Virus record (IMG/VR): IMGVR_UViG_3300048834_000646
Span: 1-52,993 of that record
Strand: one strand, 5' to 3'
Length of the DNA stretch: 52,993 nucleotides
Source: a virus
Taxonomy: Duplodnaviria > Caudoviricetes
Below, in pieces: positions 42,910 to 51,901 of this stretch. A program made the translations under genes and the position numbers. The notes under the pieces were generated by a model. That model saw only the letters and a list, made by a program, of their open reading frames with translations, did not search any database and had not been told where the DNA came from. Each line of letters begins with the position of its first letter. The stretch's first letter is position 1.

Positions 42910-45900
42910 GCCTCTCGCGGACGCCCTTCATCTCGATTCGCAATGACACCATTGCGCGGCCGGGATCGAAGCGCCTCGTCGACGTCGGCGGTACCAGCGC
43001 GGAGGAGCGACGCCGCGGCGGCGCGGGCCGGATCGCCTGTCTCTATGGCGAGACGGAGGATGGCACCGGCGGCTGCACGCTCACGGTCCCCAGCAGCTCC
43101 AACGCGCTCACCGCGCTGGCCGTGCGCAACGTGATCCATATTCGGGACGGCGCGCGCCGCGCCTACGAGTACCGGATCCTGTCCCTGAGCGACTCCGCCA
43201 CCGGCGACGCGGTGACCGCGACCGCGGTGCCGATCCTGCAGGACCTGGCGGATATCACCCTGACCACGCTCGTCGGTACCGCGCGGACGAGCCGCATCAG
43301 CGGGATCAAGTCGCCCGAGGGCTGGTGGAATGAGCTGATCCTCCCGGAGCTGCTCCGCCGCGGCATTAATTACTTCACGCTCAGCACCGTCAGCGTGGAC
43401 GGAGCCTTCCCCTTCGACTTCAGCGGCAAGAAGGCGCTCTGGCTCCTGCGGCAGATCGTGCAGAATACCGAGCACTCCGTTCGCGCGGTGCTCTCGCCGG
43501 ATCTCTCGACCTATCTCGTGACGATGAGCTTCCCGACGCCGGCCGTGCGGATCCCGGTCGTGGTCGGTGGCGACGTGATCGCGCTCGATCGCGATATCCT
43601 CGGCTCCGAAATCGAAACGATCGTCGTCCCCTACGGCGCAACGGCCGGTGGCGATCCCGCGCCGGCGGGCATCGAAGGCGTGCCCTGGCTGCTGCAGAAT
43701 CCGGATGGGGCCACGGCGGAGATCATGGATCCCGACGTCGCCAGCGCGTCCTTCGCGATCGAGGACGATCAGTTCGTCGGCGACCCCGAGGATCCGCCGG
43801 TGGGCATTGCCTATCCGGACAAGGCGCTCGCCGGCGGCTGGCCGCCGCAGACCATCGCCGCCGCCGGCAGCGATCCCGCGCGCGTCGTGGAGACGCTCCG
43901 CGTCGGCGAGTACCTCTACTCCGTGTTCCGCTGCGGGACTGGCGTCGCCGGCGAGGTGCACAAGGTCAACGCGCTGACCACGGCGGACGAGCTGACGATC
44001 CCGGTCGGGCTGCAGCCGGGGGGCGCGATCTATCTCCCCGGGCCCTCGGTGCTGGTGGTGAGCTGTACGGAGTCCGACACGCTCGATGTGATCGACGCGG
44101 CGACGGATACGGTGGTCGGATCCCTGGTCGGCATCCCGTCACCGACGCGCCTCTACTACGACGCGGCAAGGGACGCGATCATCGTCCTGACGGCTGGCGG
44201 CGCGATCTATATCCTGCGACTCTCGCCCGCCACCTTCCTGTACGAGTTTCCGCTTGGCGTCATCGGGGAGCTCGTCGTTGCGGAGGTGCCGGAATCCGAG
44301 CTCGCCCCGAGACTCTCGATCGTGACTGAGTTCCCGCTCGGCATTGTGGGCGAGCTGCTTGTCTCGGAGGTGCCCGAGGCGACGGTGGCCTCGAGTATTG
44401 CCGTGGCGCGGATCTCCGGGCTCGGGGCCACCGACGCGGTGATCGCCGAGGACCGCCTGTGGTGCGTCAACGCGGCCGACCTCGATCTCTCGAGCGTGGA
44501 TCTGGTCACCGGGACGCTCGTCGCCACCACGACGCTGATCACCCTGCTTGAGACCGGCGACGAGCCCGAGGCGTGGGCGCTGATCGGATACGACGCGGCG
44601 AGCGATCAGCTCTTCCTCGTCGGGACCAATCCCTCGGGCAACAAGTGGTCGCTGGCGATCGTGGATCCGGCGGTGCCGGCAGTCCTGGTGGAGTCGCGGC
44701 CGGATACCGTCACCTACTCCCGGCCGACGCGCATCACGGCGTGGGGCGGCAAGGTGTTTCTCCCGCGCGAGGACGCGAAGTATCTCCTCCTGAGCGGCGT
44801 CGACGGCAACGTGCTCGGCGCAGGATTGTTCTGCGGCGGCACGGTGGATCTCACCAGCGCGAGTCTGCTCGATGACGAGGGATGGATGGTCGTCGGCGAC
44901 ACCGGCTCCCGGCTCCATCTGTGGGACTTCCGCACCGGCTGCGCGCTGGTGCTCCGGAAGATCGTCGGCGTCGAGGCCAGCGCCTCGCGCGTCACGCTGG
45001 CGAACGGGCACCTCGGCCCGCTCCGCGAAAATTTCCCCGTCTTCATGATGGAGAACGACGGCACCACCATGGTGGAGCTCTGGTCGCCGACGGCCGTGCG
45101 GATCTACGGTCCGCTGAGCTATCCCGAGGGCTCGCCCTTTCGCGGCGAGCGCAATCTCGTCATGCGGCCGGTGCCGGAAAACTTCGAGAGCGCGATCGGC
45201 GTCCTCGGCAACGTCCTGCTCGATGAGACGACGCCGGGAGACATGGAGTCGCGCTGGCACGATCCCGACAGCCAGGTCGATACGGTGGTCGTCCGCCACG
45301 CCTATACCGCGCCGGCCAACGTCTCCGGCTTCGACGTCGACCTGAGCGCGGCCGGATTCACCGAGCCGGACACCTCGGGCATCACCGCTTTCGAGTACAC
45401 CGGCGGCGACCCCGCGCGGTACTTCGTCTGGAATACGTACGGCGGCGTGCTCCCGAAGAGCGGCAGCTCCGACACGGCGATCGCGCGGCTGAATGCGGAC
45501 CTCGTAGACAAAGGCTTCCACGCGAAGATGGACCTTTATCACCTGGCGATTGACGGGCCCAGCGACACGCTCTGCCTCGTCTTCAACTGCATCGATACGG
45601 TGCTCGGGAGCTGGGGCAACGACGACTGCCTGCGCTTTCGCTGCGGGCGCTTCGGCAGCGGCGCGGTCGAGCTCTCGCTCGAGCAGATCGCCCCGGGCGG
45701 GGCCGTCTCCGTCCTGGGGGATCCGAACATCATCAACGTGTCGTTTCCGCTTTCGAGCTCGATGACCATCGGCGTGCGTGTGGATCCGGTGACCTATGCC
45801 GTAACGACCTACTACGACGCCGGGGCCGGCGAGGTCGCGGGGCCGAGCGGCGTCGTGCCGGTGGGCATGCGCGGGGACCATCACCGCCGGATGGGGCTCT

Positions 45901-47009
45901 ACAGTATTCGCCAGAACGCCGGCTCCGGCTTTCAGATGGGCAACTTTCACATCTACTACGATGAGCCGGTGCTGTACACGCCCGCCGCGAAGACGGTCGG
46001 CAAGCTGGTGACGGGGTTCAACTGGGACTCGTGGGGCTACGACTACGCGGATCTGCAGGTCAAGGAGTTCCCGCCCAACTATGTCTTCAATCCCGGCGAC
46101 TTCCTGATCCTCGTGAAGTCGAGCGGCAACATCGTCACGGCCGTGCGCTCGCGCGTCGTCACCGATGCGGCCGGCACCGCGACCGTGAAGACGCAGGTCA
46201 ACGGCGGGCAGTCGCGCGGCCTGAGCTCGGGGAACGATCTGGCGATCTGCTACCGCCGGCATCCGAACGATCAGCGGGCGCTCAGCTCGGAGTGGTTCGT
46301 CTGGTCGAACATCGGCGGCAGCGTGCCCGAGTACACCTTCGACGTGCTGATCCCGCCGACGCCGCGGCCCGGGGCCTCGCTCTACTTTGCGATCGAGGCC
46401 TATCTCCGCGCGCCGGCGGTCGACTATCCCGAGCCGATGCACGCGGTGCTCGTGGCGTACGGCACGCCGACGTATCCCACGCCCAGCCTGCCCCTGCTCG
46501 ACGCCGATTTCGTCGCGACCGCGGAGCAGCTCACGGTCAGCCCCTACTATGCCGGCGACGCGTGGCGCGACGTCTCGTGCGTGCTGCCCTGCGCGGCGCT
46601 GCCGGCGGACTCGTACGGGCACGGCTGGTACACGCTCAGCCTGCGGAAGAATCCCGCGGTGCTGTATATCCGCCGGATCTCGATCTATTGGGGATTCGAG
46701 GGCGTGCCGGCCTTCGGCTACGGCAACGGCGTCAGCGGGATCTGGGGCGTCGGCATGCTGGCGCTGTTCAACAAGAGCGAGCCGGGGATCGCGTACCGCG
46801 TCCAGTCCAAGGAGGCGACCCCGCAGATCGAGCTGGGGAGCGAGCTGATCCTCACCGACCTCGCGCGCAACATCGTCAACGCGCGGCCGCGCGTCGTGAG
46901 CTGGCAGCGCGAGCTCGAGGCCGGCGATGCAGACTTCCACCTCCCGACGTATGAGCTTGAAAACCGCAGCCGGTCGCTGATCCGCGAGATCGCAGCGATG
47001 GGAGGATGA
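42906..47009 (+). CDS. Tail tip hub (Tal-like) with large inserted beta-propeller/beta-sandwich region
   Basis: N-terminal ALWLLRQI...IETIVVPYG and C-terminal IELGSELILTD hub motifs; YVTN-like IPVG..VIDAATDTVV. Confidence 0.7.
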   Translation: MSLSRTPFISIRNDTIARPGSKRLVDVGGTSAEERRRGGAGRIACLYGETEDGTGGCTLTVPSSSNALTALAVRNVIHIRDGARRAYEYRILSLSDSATGDAVTATAVPILQDLADITLTTLVGTARTSRISGIKSPEGWWNELILPELLRRGINYFTLSTVSVDGAFPFDFSGKKALWLLRQIVQNTEHSVRAVLSPDLSTYLVTMSFPTPAVRIPVVVGGDVIALDRDILGSEIETIVVPYGATAGGDPAPAGIEGVPWLLQNPDGATAEIMDPDVASASFAIEDDQFVGDPEDPPVGIAYPDKALAGGWPPQTIAAAGSDPARVVETLRVGEYLYSVFRCGTGVAGEVHKVNALTTADELTIPVGLQPGGAIYLPGPSVLVVSCTESDTLDVIDAATDTVVGSLVGIPSPTRLYYDAARDAIIVLTAGGAIYILRLSPATFLYEFPLGVIGELVVAEVPESELAPRLSIVTEFPLGIVGELLVSEVPEATVASSIAVARISGLGATDAVIAEDRLWCVNAADLDLSSVDLVTGTLVATTTLITLLETGDEPEAWALIGYDAASDQLFLVGTNPSGNKWSLAIVDPAVPAVLVESRPDTVTYSRPTRITAWGGKVFLPREDAKYLLLSGVDGNVLGAGLFCGGTVDLTSASLLDDEGWMVVGDTGSRLHLWDFRTGCALVLRKIVGVEASASRVTLANGHLGPLRENFPVFMMENDGTTMVELWSPTAVRIYGPLSYPEGSPFRGERNLVMRPVPENFESAIGVLGNVLLDETTPGDMESRWHDPDSQVDTVVVRHAYTAPANVSGFDVDLSAAGFTEPDTSGITAFEYTGGDPARYFVWNTYGGVLPKSGSSDTAIARLNADLVDKGFHAKMDLYHLAIDGPSDTLCLVFNCIDTVLGSWGNDDCLRFRCGRFGSGAVELSLEQIAPGGAVSVLGDPNIINVSFPLSSSMTIGVRVDPVTYAVTTYYDAGAGEVAGPSGVVPVGMRGDHHRRMGLYSIRQNAGSGFQMGNFHIYYDEPVLYTPAAKTVGKLVTGFNWDSWGYDYADLQVKEFPPNYVFNPGDFLILVKSSGNIVTAVRSRVVTDAAGTATVKTQVNGGQSRGLSSGNDLAICYRRHPNDQRALSSEWFVWSNIGGSVPEYTFDVLIPPTPRPGASLYFAIEAYLRAPAVDYPEPMHAVLVAYGTPTYPTPSLPLLDADFVATAEQLTVSPYYAGDAWRDVSCVLPCAALPADSYGHGWYTLSLRKNPAVLYIRRISIYWGFEGVPAFGYGNGVSGIWGVGMLALFNKSEPGIAYRVQSKEATPQIELGSELILTDLARNIVNARPRVVSWQRELEAGDADFHLPTYELENRSRSLIREIAAMGG
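44244..44378 (+). repeat. Two degenerate 17-codon repeats in the tail tip gene
   Basis: EFPLGVIGELVVAEVPE / EFPLGIVGELLVSEVPE, 84-nt period. Confidence 0.85.
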
Positions 47010-47013
47010 TGAG

Positions 47014-47802
47014 ATGAGCGATGCCCGCGTGACCGTCAATCGGAAGCCCCTCGAGGCGTTCGGGCTCGTCCCGATCAACCTGGAGGAGTGGCTCAGCGCC
47101 CCCAGCGTCACCTACGGGACCGTCGTGCCGGCCGGCCGGATGGGATCGATCGCGACCGTCGCCGGCGCGAGCTACGCACCGCGCCCGCTCATGCTCGGCG
47201 TGCGGACGAATTCCGCGACCACCGACGAGGAGGCGCGCGCGATCCTCGACGCGTGGTACCTCCACTGTCAGGGGATGCTCGAGATCTGCATCCAGGACGA
47301 CCCGAGCAAGGTCTGCTATGGCCTCTTCGAGGCATCGGCCGGCGGCGTGGAGGGGATCAAGCTGCTCAGTCCGAAGCTCACCACGATCGGCAAGATCACG
47401 TGTCACGACCCCTTCTGGTACCGGCCGGCTCCGACCTCCTTCGGGGCCGCGGCCGGCACGCGCGTCGTGGTCCCGGTCGGCAGCGCGACCTCGCGGCTCC
47501 ATCTCGCGATCGCCGGCCCGTACACCGATCCGATCCTGATCCTGCGCAATCGCTCGGGGACCGAGATCGATCGCATGCCCTTCACCGATACCGCGGCCGA
47601 CAGCTCGATCTTTCTCGACCTCGACTTCGATCGGCAGCAGCTCGATCGCTATGTGGCCGGCGTGCGGTCGGCCCCCAACAATGCGTACGAGCTGCTCGAT
47701 CCCGAGCACTCGTTCTTCGTGGTCGACCCGCTCGATGGCGCAACGCTCGAGGTCACGAGCGGCGGCCTCACCGGTCTGGCCTGGGAGGCGTTCCTCGTAT
47801 GA
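47014..47802 (+). CDS. Distal tail protein (Dit-like)
   Basis: FGL, PAGRMG, YAPRPL, DDPSKVCYG, TCHDPFWY. Confidence 0.75.
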   Translation: MSDARVTVNRKPLEAFGLVPINLEEWLSAPSVTYGTVVPAGRMGSIATVAGASYAPRPLMLGVRTNSATTDEEARAILDAWYLHCQGMLEICIQDDPSKVCYGLFEASAGGVEGIKLLSPKLTTIGKITCHDPFWYRPAPTSFGAAAGTRVVVPVGSATSRLHLAIAGPYTDPILILRNRSGTEIDRMPFTDTAADSSIFLDLDFDRQQLDRYVAGVRSAPNNAYELLDPEHSFFVVDPLDGATLEVTSGGLTGLAWEAFLV

Positions 47803-48518
47803 GTCCACTGCCCGCGTATCGCAACCGCCTCAGCCGGCAGAACCGATTCCTCTTCAGCTGGTCGGCCGACGACGGCGAGGCCACCTACTCGCGCTCCGGC
47901 CAGATCGGCGTCCTCGCGCGCGCGTCGGCGGGTTCCGTCGTCACGTCGACCGGCACCGCCGCGGTGGCGCAGGGGCAGCCGCGGTGGCTCTCCACGGCCA
48001 AGGGGGCCGCGCTCCTCCTGAAGCCCACGGACGAGACGCTGACCTTCGACTGCGAGTGGCTGCAGCAGCCCCTCTCGCTCTACGTCGCGGGATACATTCA
48101 GCAGCCCACCGACGGCACGACCGCCACGCGGCGAGTCTTCCGCCTGGGCAGCGGGGTCGCGCCCTCGGTGGATCTGATCGCGAAGGTGGCGAGCGGCGAC
48201 TGCGAGGCGGTCTATGTTGACGGGGCGAGCGCGCCGGCCTCCAGTCTGACCTCCGGCAATCCCGTGCTCGGCGATTACGTCGAGCTGCTGCTCGTGCTCG
48301 ATGCGGCGCGGAAGATCCAGCTCACGCGCGCGATCAACGAGGGGGCCGCGCAGGTTGGCGCATTGAGCGCCGCCGGCGCAGCGTTCGCCGGCGGGTATGC
48401 CGGCAGCCGGCTCCGCTTCGCGGACGGCAGCGTGGCGGCAGCCTTCGCGTATCGTCAGGTGCGCATCGCCGCCGGCTCCGCCATGACGCTGGACGACGCG
48501 CGGACGGATAACGCATGA
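47799..48518 (+). CDS. Minor tail protein, beta-sandwich-like
   Basis: ATGA overlap; RAS..PR..LLL N-terminal pattern; beta-rich. Confidence 0.6.
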   Translation: MSPLPAYRNRLSRQNRFLFSWSADDGEATYSRSGQIGVLARASAGSVVTSTGTAAVAQGQPRWLSTAKGAALLLKPTDETLTFDCEWLQQPLSLYVAGYIQQPTDGTTATRRVFRLGSGVAPSVDLIAKVASGDCEAVYVDGASAPASSLTSGNPVLGDYVELLLVLDAARKIQLTRAINEGAAQVGALSAAGAAFAGGYAGSRLRFADGSVAAAFAYRQVRIAAGSAMTLDDARTDNA

Positions 48519-48940
48519 TGCCGCCCGACGCCGCGGCCGCGCAGATCTTCGGCGATACGGTGATCACGTCCCTGATCACCGGCGGCATTATTGGCGGGCT
48601 GATCCTCTGGCGCAGCAACGCGGTCAACGCGGCACGCTTCGATGACTTCAAGGCCGCCTACAAGGAGATGCGCGAGGAGGAGCGCGAGCAGCGGCACGAG
48701 GATCTCGCCGGCCTGAAGCAGTCCCTCGATGGCATGGGCTCGCGCGTCTCCACGCTGACCGAGTACGTGACGCTGGTGCGCGGAGTGATGACCGGCGTCG
48801 ACGGCAAGAACGGGATCCGGAGCGAGGTTCGGGATCTCAGGGTCCGCGTCGCCGCGATCGACACGCGCGTGACGCGCGTCGAGATGACGACCGGCGAGAC
48901 GACCCGCCGAGTTGATGGGATGGACAGGAACGACAGGTAA
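48515..48940 (+). CDS. Membrane-anchored coiled-coil protein (lysis region)
   Basis: TM VITSLITGGIIGGLILW followed by heptads. Confidence 0.65.
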   Translation: MMPPDAAAAQIFGDTVITSLITGGIIGGLILWRSNAVNAARFDDFKAAYKEMREEEREQRHEDLAGLKQSLDGMGSRVSTLTEYVTLVRGVMTGVDGKNGIRSEVRDLRVRVAAIDTRVTRVEMTTGETTRRVDGMDRNDR

Positions 48941-48970
48941 GACCGCACGCTCACTCTCAGGAGGCTTCCG

Positions 48971-49501
48971 ATGAACCGCTCGCTCCGCTCGCTCGCCCTC
49001 GCCGCCCTGCTGCTGGCCGGCCTCACCGCTCCCCCCGCGCTCCGCGCGCAGGAGGGGAGCACCTCGCTCCTGCTCCTGACCTCGCTCCCGATGCAGGAGC
49101 TGCCGCCGGTCCTCGACACGATGCCGGTGGTCCCGGATACGGTCGTGACCCCGCCCGACTCGGTCGCGGCCGGCGTGGTGCTCCCCGCCATGCCGTTCAG
49201 CCTCGCGTGGCTGAAGCAGTTTGTCGTGATCAATCAGCTCTGGTGCGCCATGTTCCTCACCTCGGCCATGCTCTTTGCCTTCGCCAAGTACTGGCCGGGA
49301 TTCGCGGGGATCTCCGACGCGGCCACGATCGTGGTGCAGCTGATCATCGGGTGGCTGCTCTCGTACGCCGTCACCAGCTGGGGCGGGAAGCCCGACGCCG
49401 AGATCAACGCGCTGATCACGACAGGCATGTCGGCGATCGCGTCCGGCTACATCTTCCGCCTCGGGAAGAAGCAACCAGGCAACAGCGCGCCACCGAAGTA
49501 A
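48971..49501 (+). CDS. Holin-like membrane protein with N-terminal signal peptide
   Basis: AGGAGG RBS; signal ending ALRA-Q; three C-terminal hydrophobic helices and a basic tail; adjacent to the endolysin. Confidence 0.55.
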   Translation: MNRSLRSLALAALLLAGLTAPPALRAQEGSTSLLLLTSLPMQELPPVLDTMPVVPDTVVTPPDSVAAGVVLPAMPFSLAWLKQFVVINQLWCAMFLTSAMLFAFAKYWPGFAGISDAATIVVQLIIGWLLSYAVTSWGGKPDAEINALITTGMSAIASGYIFRLGKKQPGNSAPPK

Positions 49502-49520
49502 CCCCCGGCCTTCCCTTAGA

Positions 49521-49553
49521 GCCTCTGCCCGCGCGCCCCGCGCCGGCAGAGGC
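49521..49553 (+). promoter_or_regulatory. Hairpin immediately upstream of the endolysin RBS
   Basis: GCCTCTGCC / GGCAGAGGC 9-bp stem. Confidence 0.45.
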
Positions 49554-49567
49554 ATTGGAGTTTTCTG

Positions 49568-50092
49568 ATGTCGTACGCAAGCGCCCTCGCCTTGACCCTC
49601 GAGATCGAGAAGCTGTGGTATGCCGGCGACCGGCCGAGCGATCCGAACCCGACGATGAAAGGCGTCACGCAGAACCGCTACAACAAGTTCCGGAAGGAGA
49701 ACAGCCTCCCTTGGCGCTCGGTGCGCGAGATCGAGGAGAAGGAGCTGCAGGCGATCTATTACACCTATTGGGTCGCGGCGCACTGCGCGGAGCTCGGCCC
49801 CCTGGCCGCGACGGTGGTCTTTGATCACGCGGTGAACGCCTCACCGGAGGCGGCGATTCGCGTCATGCAGGCCGTGACCGGCGTCGCGACGGACGGTCGC
49901 TGGGGACCGAAGACGGCCGCGGCCGTGCAGGGCTGGGTTGGCGAGGACGTGTCCTTCGCGACGGCCCTCTGCTGGGCGCGCCTCGATCACTACTATCGGC
50001 TGGCGCTCAGCCCGCGCCTCCGGCCGAATCTGACGAGCTGGCTCGATCGCGTGCGGAAGCTCTACAAGGTGCTGGAGCTCGCCCCGCGGTGA
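49568..50092 (+). CDS. Endolysin, glycoside hydrolase family 108
   Basis: DP..TMKGVT, AIYYTYW, VFDHAVN, DGRWGPKT, SWLDRV. Confidence 0.85.
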   Translation: MSYASALALTLEIEKLWYAGDRPSDPNPTMKGVTQNRYNKFRKENSLPWRSVREIEEKELQAIYYTYWVAAHCAELGPLAATVVFDHAVNASPEAAIRVMQAVTGVATDGRWGPKTAAAVQGWVGEDVSFATALCWARLDHYYRLALSPRLRPNLTSWLDRVRKLYKVLELAPR

Positions 50093-50295
50093 GCGCCTCC
50101 CTCGAGCCGCCGATGCGCGCCCGGGCCCGGGCGCTGATGGCCGAGTACGGCGGCGACTTCACCGCGGCCGAGAAGCGCTGCGCCTTCGAGAAGTTGCTCG
50201 CGGCGACCGAGGGGAACGATCTTCTGTACGAGGAATGGGACGTCCTGCTTTTCAACCTGCACCGGCTCTTCGGTGCACCAACCATGATCGGGTGA
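50089..50295 (+). CDS. hypothetical protein
   Basis: GTGA overlap. Confidence 0.55.
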   Translation: MSASLEPPMRARARALMAEYGGDFTAAEKRCAFEKLLAATEGNDLLYEEWDVLLFNLHRLFGAPTMIG

Positions 50296-50300
50296 CACTC

Positions 50301-50801
50301 ATGCGTAGCTCCCTCGGAATGCTGCTCCTCCTGGTCGCCTGCTCCCATTCGCCTCGGCCCCCCATCCCGCGGCCGCCCGCGCCGCAGCCGCCGCCGCCGG
50401 CACCGCTCCCGCCGTCCCCGCCGCCGGTCCCGACCGCGTATGACTCGGTCGCGCCGATCCTGCTCACCGTGCCGGCCGGCGTCGGGGCGGTCCGCGTCGA
50501 GTTCGGCTATCTCGAGCGCGTCGACTCGGTCCGATGGAATCTCGACCGCGTGTTTCTCGGGACCGAGAGCGGGCCGGCAGGATCCGGCGCGCCGCGCGCC
50601 GGCGGGCTGGTGGCGATCACCGGTCCGCCGCTTGATACGCTGGGCTGGGTGTACATGCGCGAGACGCTGCGGCCGGCCGATCTTCGGCTGACCGCGCAGG
50701 AGGCGACCGCGGATTCCACCGGCGGCTATCGCCCCGCGCCGACGAAGGGGATCCTCTTGCGAGTTGGCGCGGCGCGCCGCGCGCCGCGGCTCGAGCAGTG
50801 A
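50301..50801 (+). CDS. Pro-rich lipoprotein (possible o-spanin analogue)
   Basis: MRSSLGMLLLLVA-C lipobox followed by a poly-Pro linker. Confidence 0.6.
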   Translation: MRSSLGMLLLLVACSHSPRPPIPRPPAPQPPPPAPLPPSPPPVPTAYDSVAPILLTVPAGVGAVRVEFGYLERVDSVRWNLDRVFLGTESGPAGSGAPRAGGLVAITGPPLDTLGWVYMRETLRPADLRLTAQEATADSTGGYRPAPTKGILLRVGAARRAPRLEQ

Positions 50802-51523
50802 CCACGGAAGACGCGCGCCCGCCGCGGCAGGGGTTCCTTGCCGGCACGGTGCCGGTCTGGCTGCTGCTGCTCTTCCTGCTGGCGCTCCTCGGCCTGGGCA
50901 TCGCGCTGGCCCTCGAGTCCGCCGCGGCGCGTCGCAACGGCCTCGCCGCGGACTCGCTGGTGGCGGCGCGCGACACCACGCGCCTCGTGGCCCCGCTGCG
51001 CGGGCAGATCGCAGGGCTGGCGGCAGAGCGGGCGGTCTGGCAGCGCCGCGCGATTCAGGCGGAGCTCGCGGCCGACTCGCTCGATCGCAAGCTGAAGCAG
51101 CGGCCGAAGGCGGCGGCCGACGTCGCGGTGGTGGTGCGCGTCGACACGCTCCGCGACACGACCGTCGTCCGCCGGGATGACGCCGACACACGGATGGCCA
51201 GCTTCCACCAGTACCGCGCGCCCTTCCGGATCTGGTCGGACGTCACGCTGCCGGCGACGGGCCCGGGATCACTCGAGACGATCGTCCTGATGGACTCCCT
51301 GAATCTCATCGCCCGCGTGATCTGCGGTGCGTCGCAGAACGGCATCACGCCGGCGACGATCGAGATCCGCGGCCCCGCCTGGGCCGGGATCGGCATCCGG
51401 CAACCGCAGACGGATCCCGGCGTCTGCAATCCCCGCCGGGATGTCTCGGTCGGCTTGCGCGTGCCGGCATGGACCCACGTCATTACCGCGGTGCTCTTTT
51501 TCTTCTTCGGCCTTCAATTCTGA
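50798..51523 (+). CDS. Spanin-like protein with hydrophobic N- and C-termini
   Basis: TM WLLLLFLLALLGLGIALAL, coiled coil, C-terminal ITAVLFFFFGLQF. Confidence 0.55.
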   Translation: MTTEDARPPRQGFLAGTVPVWLLLLFLLALLGLGIALALESAAARRNGLAADSLVAARDTTRLVAPLRGQIAGLAAERAVWQRRAIQAELAADSLDRKLKQRPKAAADVAVVVRVDTLRDTTVVRRDDADTRMASFHQYRAPFRIWSDVTLPATGPGSLETIVLMDSLNLIARVICGASQNGITPATIEIRGPAWAGIGIRQPQTDPGVCNPRRDVSVGLRVPAWTHVITAVLFFFFGLQF

Positions 51524-51533
51524 GAGGTATGCC

Positions 51534-51890
51534 ATGTCCGGATCCACCAAGCAGGTCAAGCCCATGGACAAGCCGGCGAACGAGCCGCCGCCGCCGCCTC
51601 AGGGACCGCAGGAGGGACACGCGGTCACGCGGCACGACGCGCGCTTCGAGATCATCGGCTTTCGCGATCGGAACCGGATCGCGATTCTGATGACGCACCG
51701 CTCGGTCGGCGGGCCCTCGTCCAGCGACGCGATCCGCACGCAGGACCTGATCCCGGTGCAGACCGAGGCCGGCGACGACGTCCCGGGCGAGTGGCGCGTG
51801 GCCACGCCGACCGAATTTGCCGCGGCCGTCGACGCCGCCGCGATCGCGGACGCCGCGCCGGCGGACGTGCCCAGCACCGACAAGACCTGA
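51534..51890 (+). CDS. hypothetical protein
   Basis: GAGG RBS before ATG 51534. Confidence 0.65.
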   Translation: MSGSTKQVKPMDKPANEPPPPPQGPQEGHAVTRHDARFEIIGFRDRNRIAILMTHRSVGGPSSSDAIRTQDLIPVQTEAGDDVPGEWRVATPTEFAAAVDAAAIADAAPADVPSTDKT

Positions 51891-51901
51891 GGGCCTGACC
51901 G

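Noticed and set aside
44244-44378. Diversity-generating retroelement TR/VR pair
   Set aside because: Differences are not adenine-specific, both copies are in frame in one gene, and no reverse transcriptase is present
39907-47111. Very long minus-strand ORFs (e.g. 39907-42030, 44139-47111; also 31138-33234)
   Set aside because: Antisense shadows of GC3-rich genes; no motifs or RBS, and they fully overlap clear structural genes
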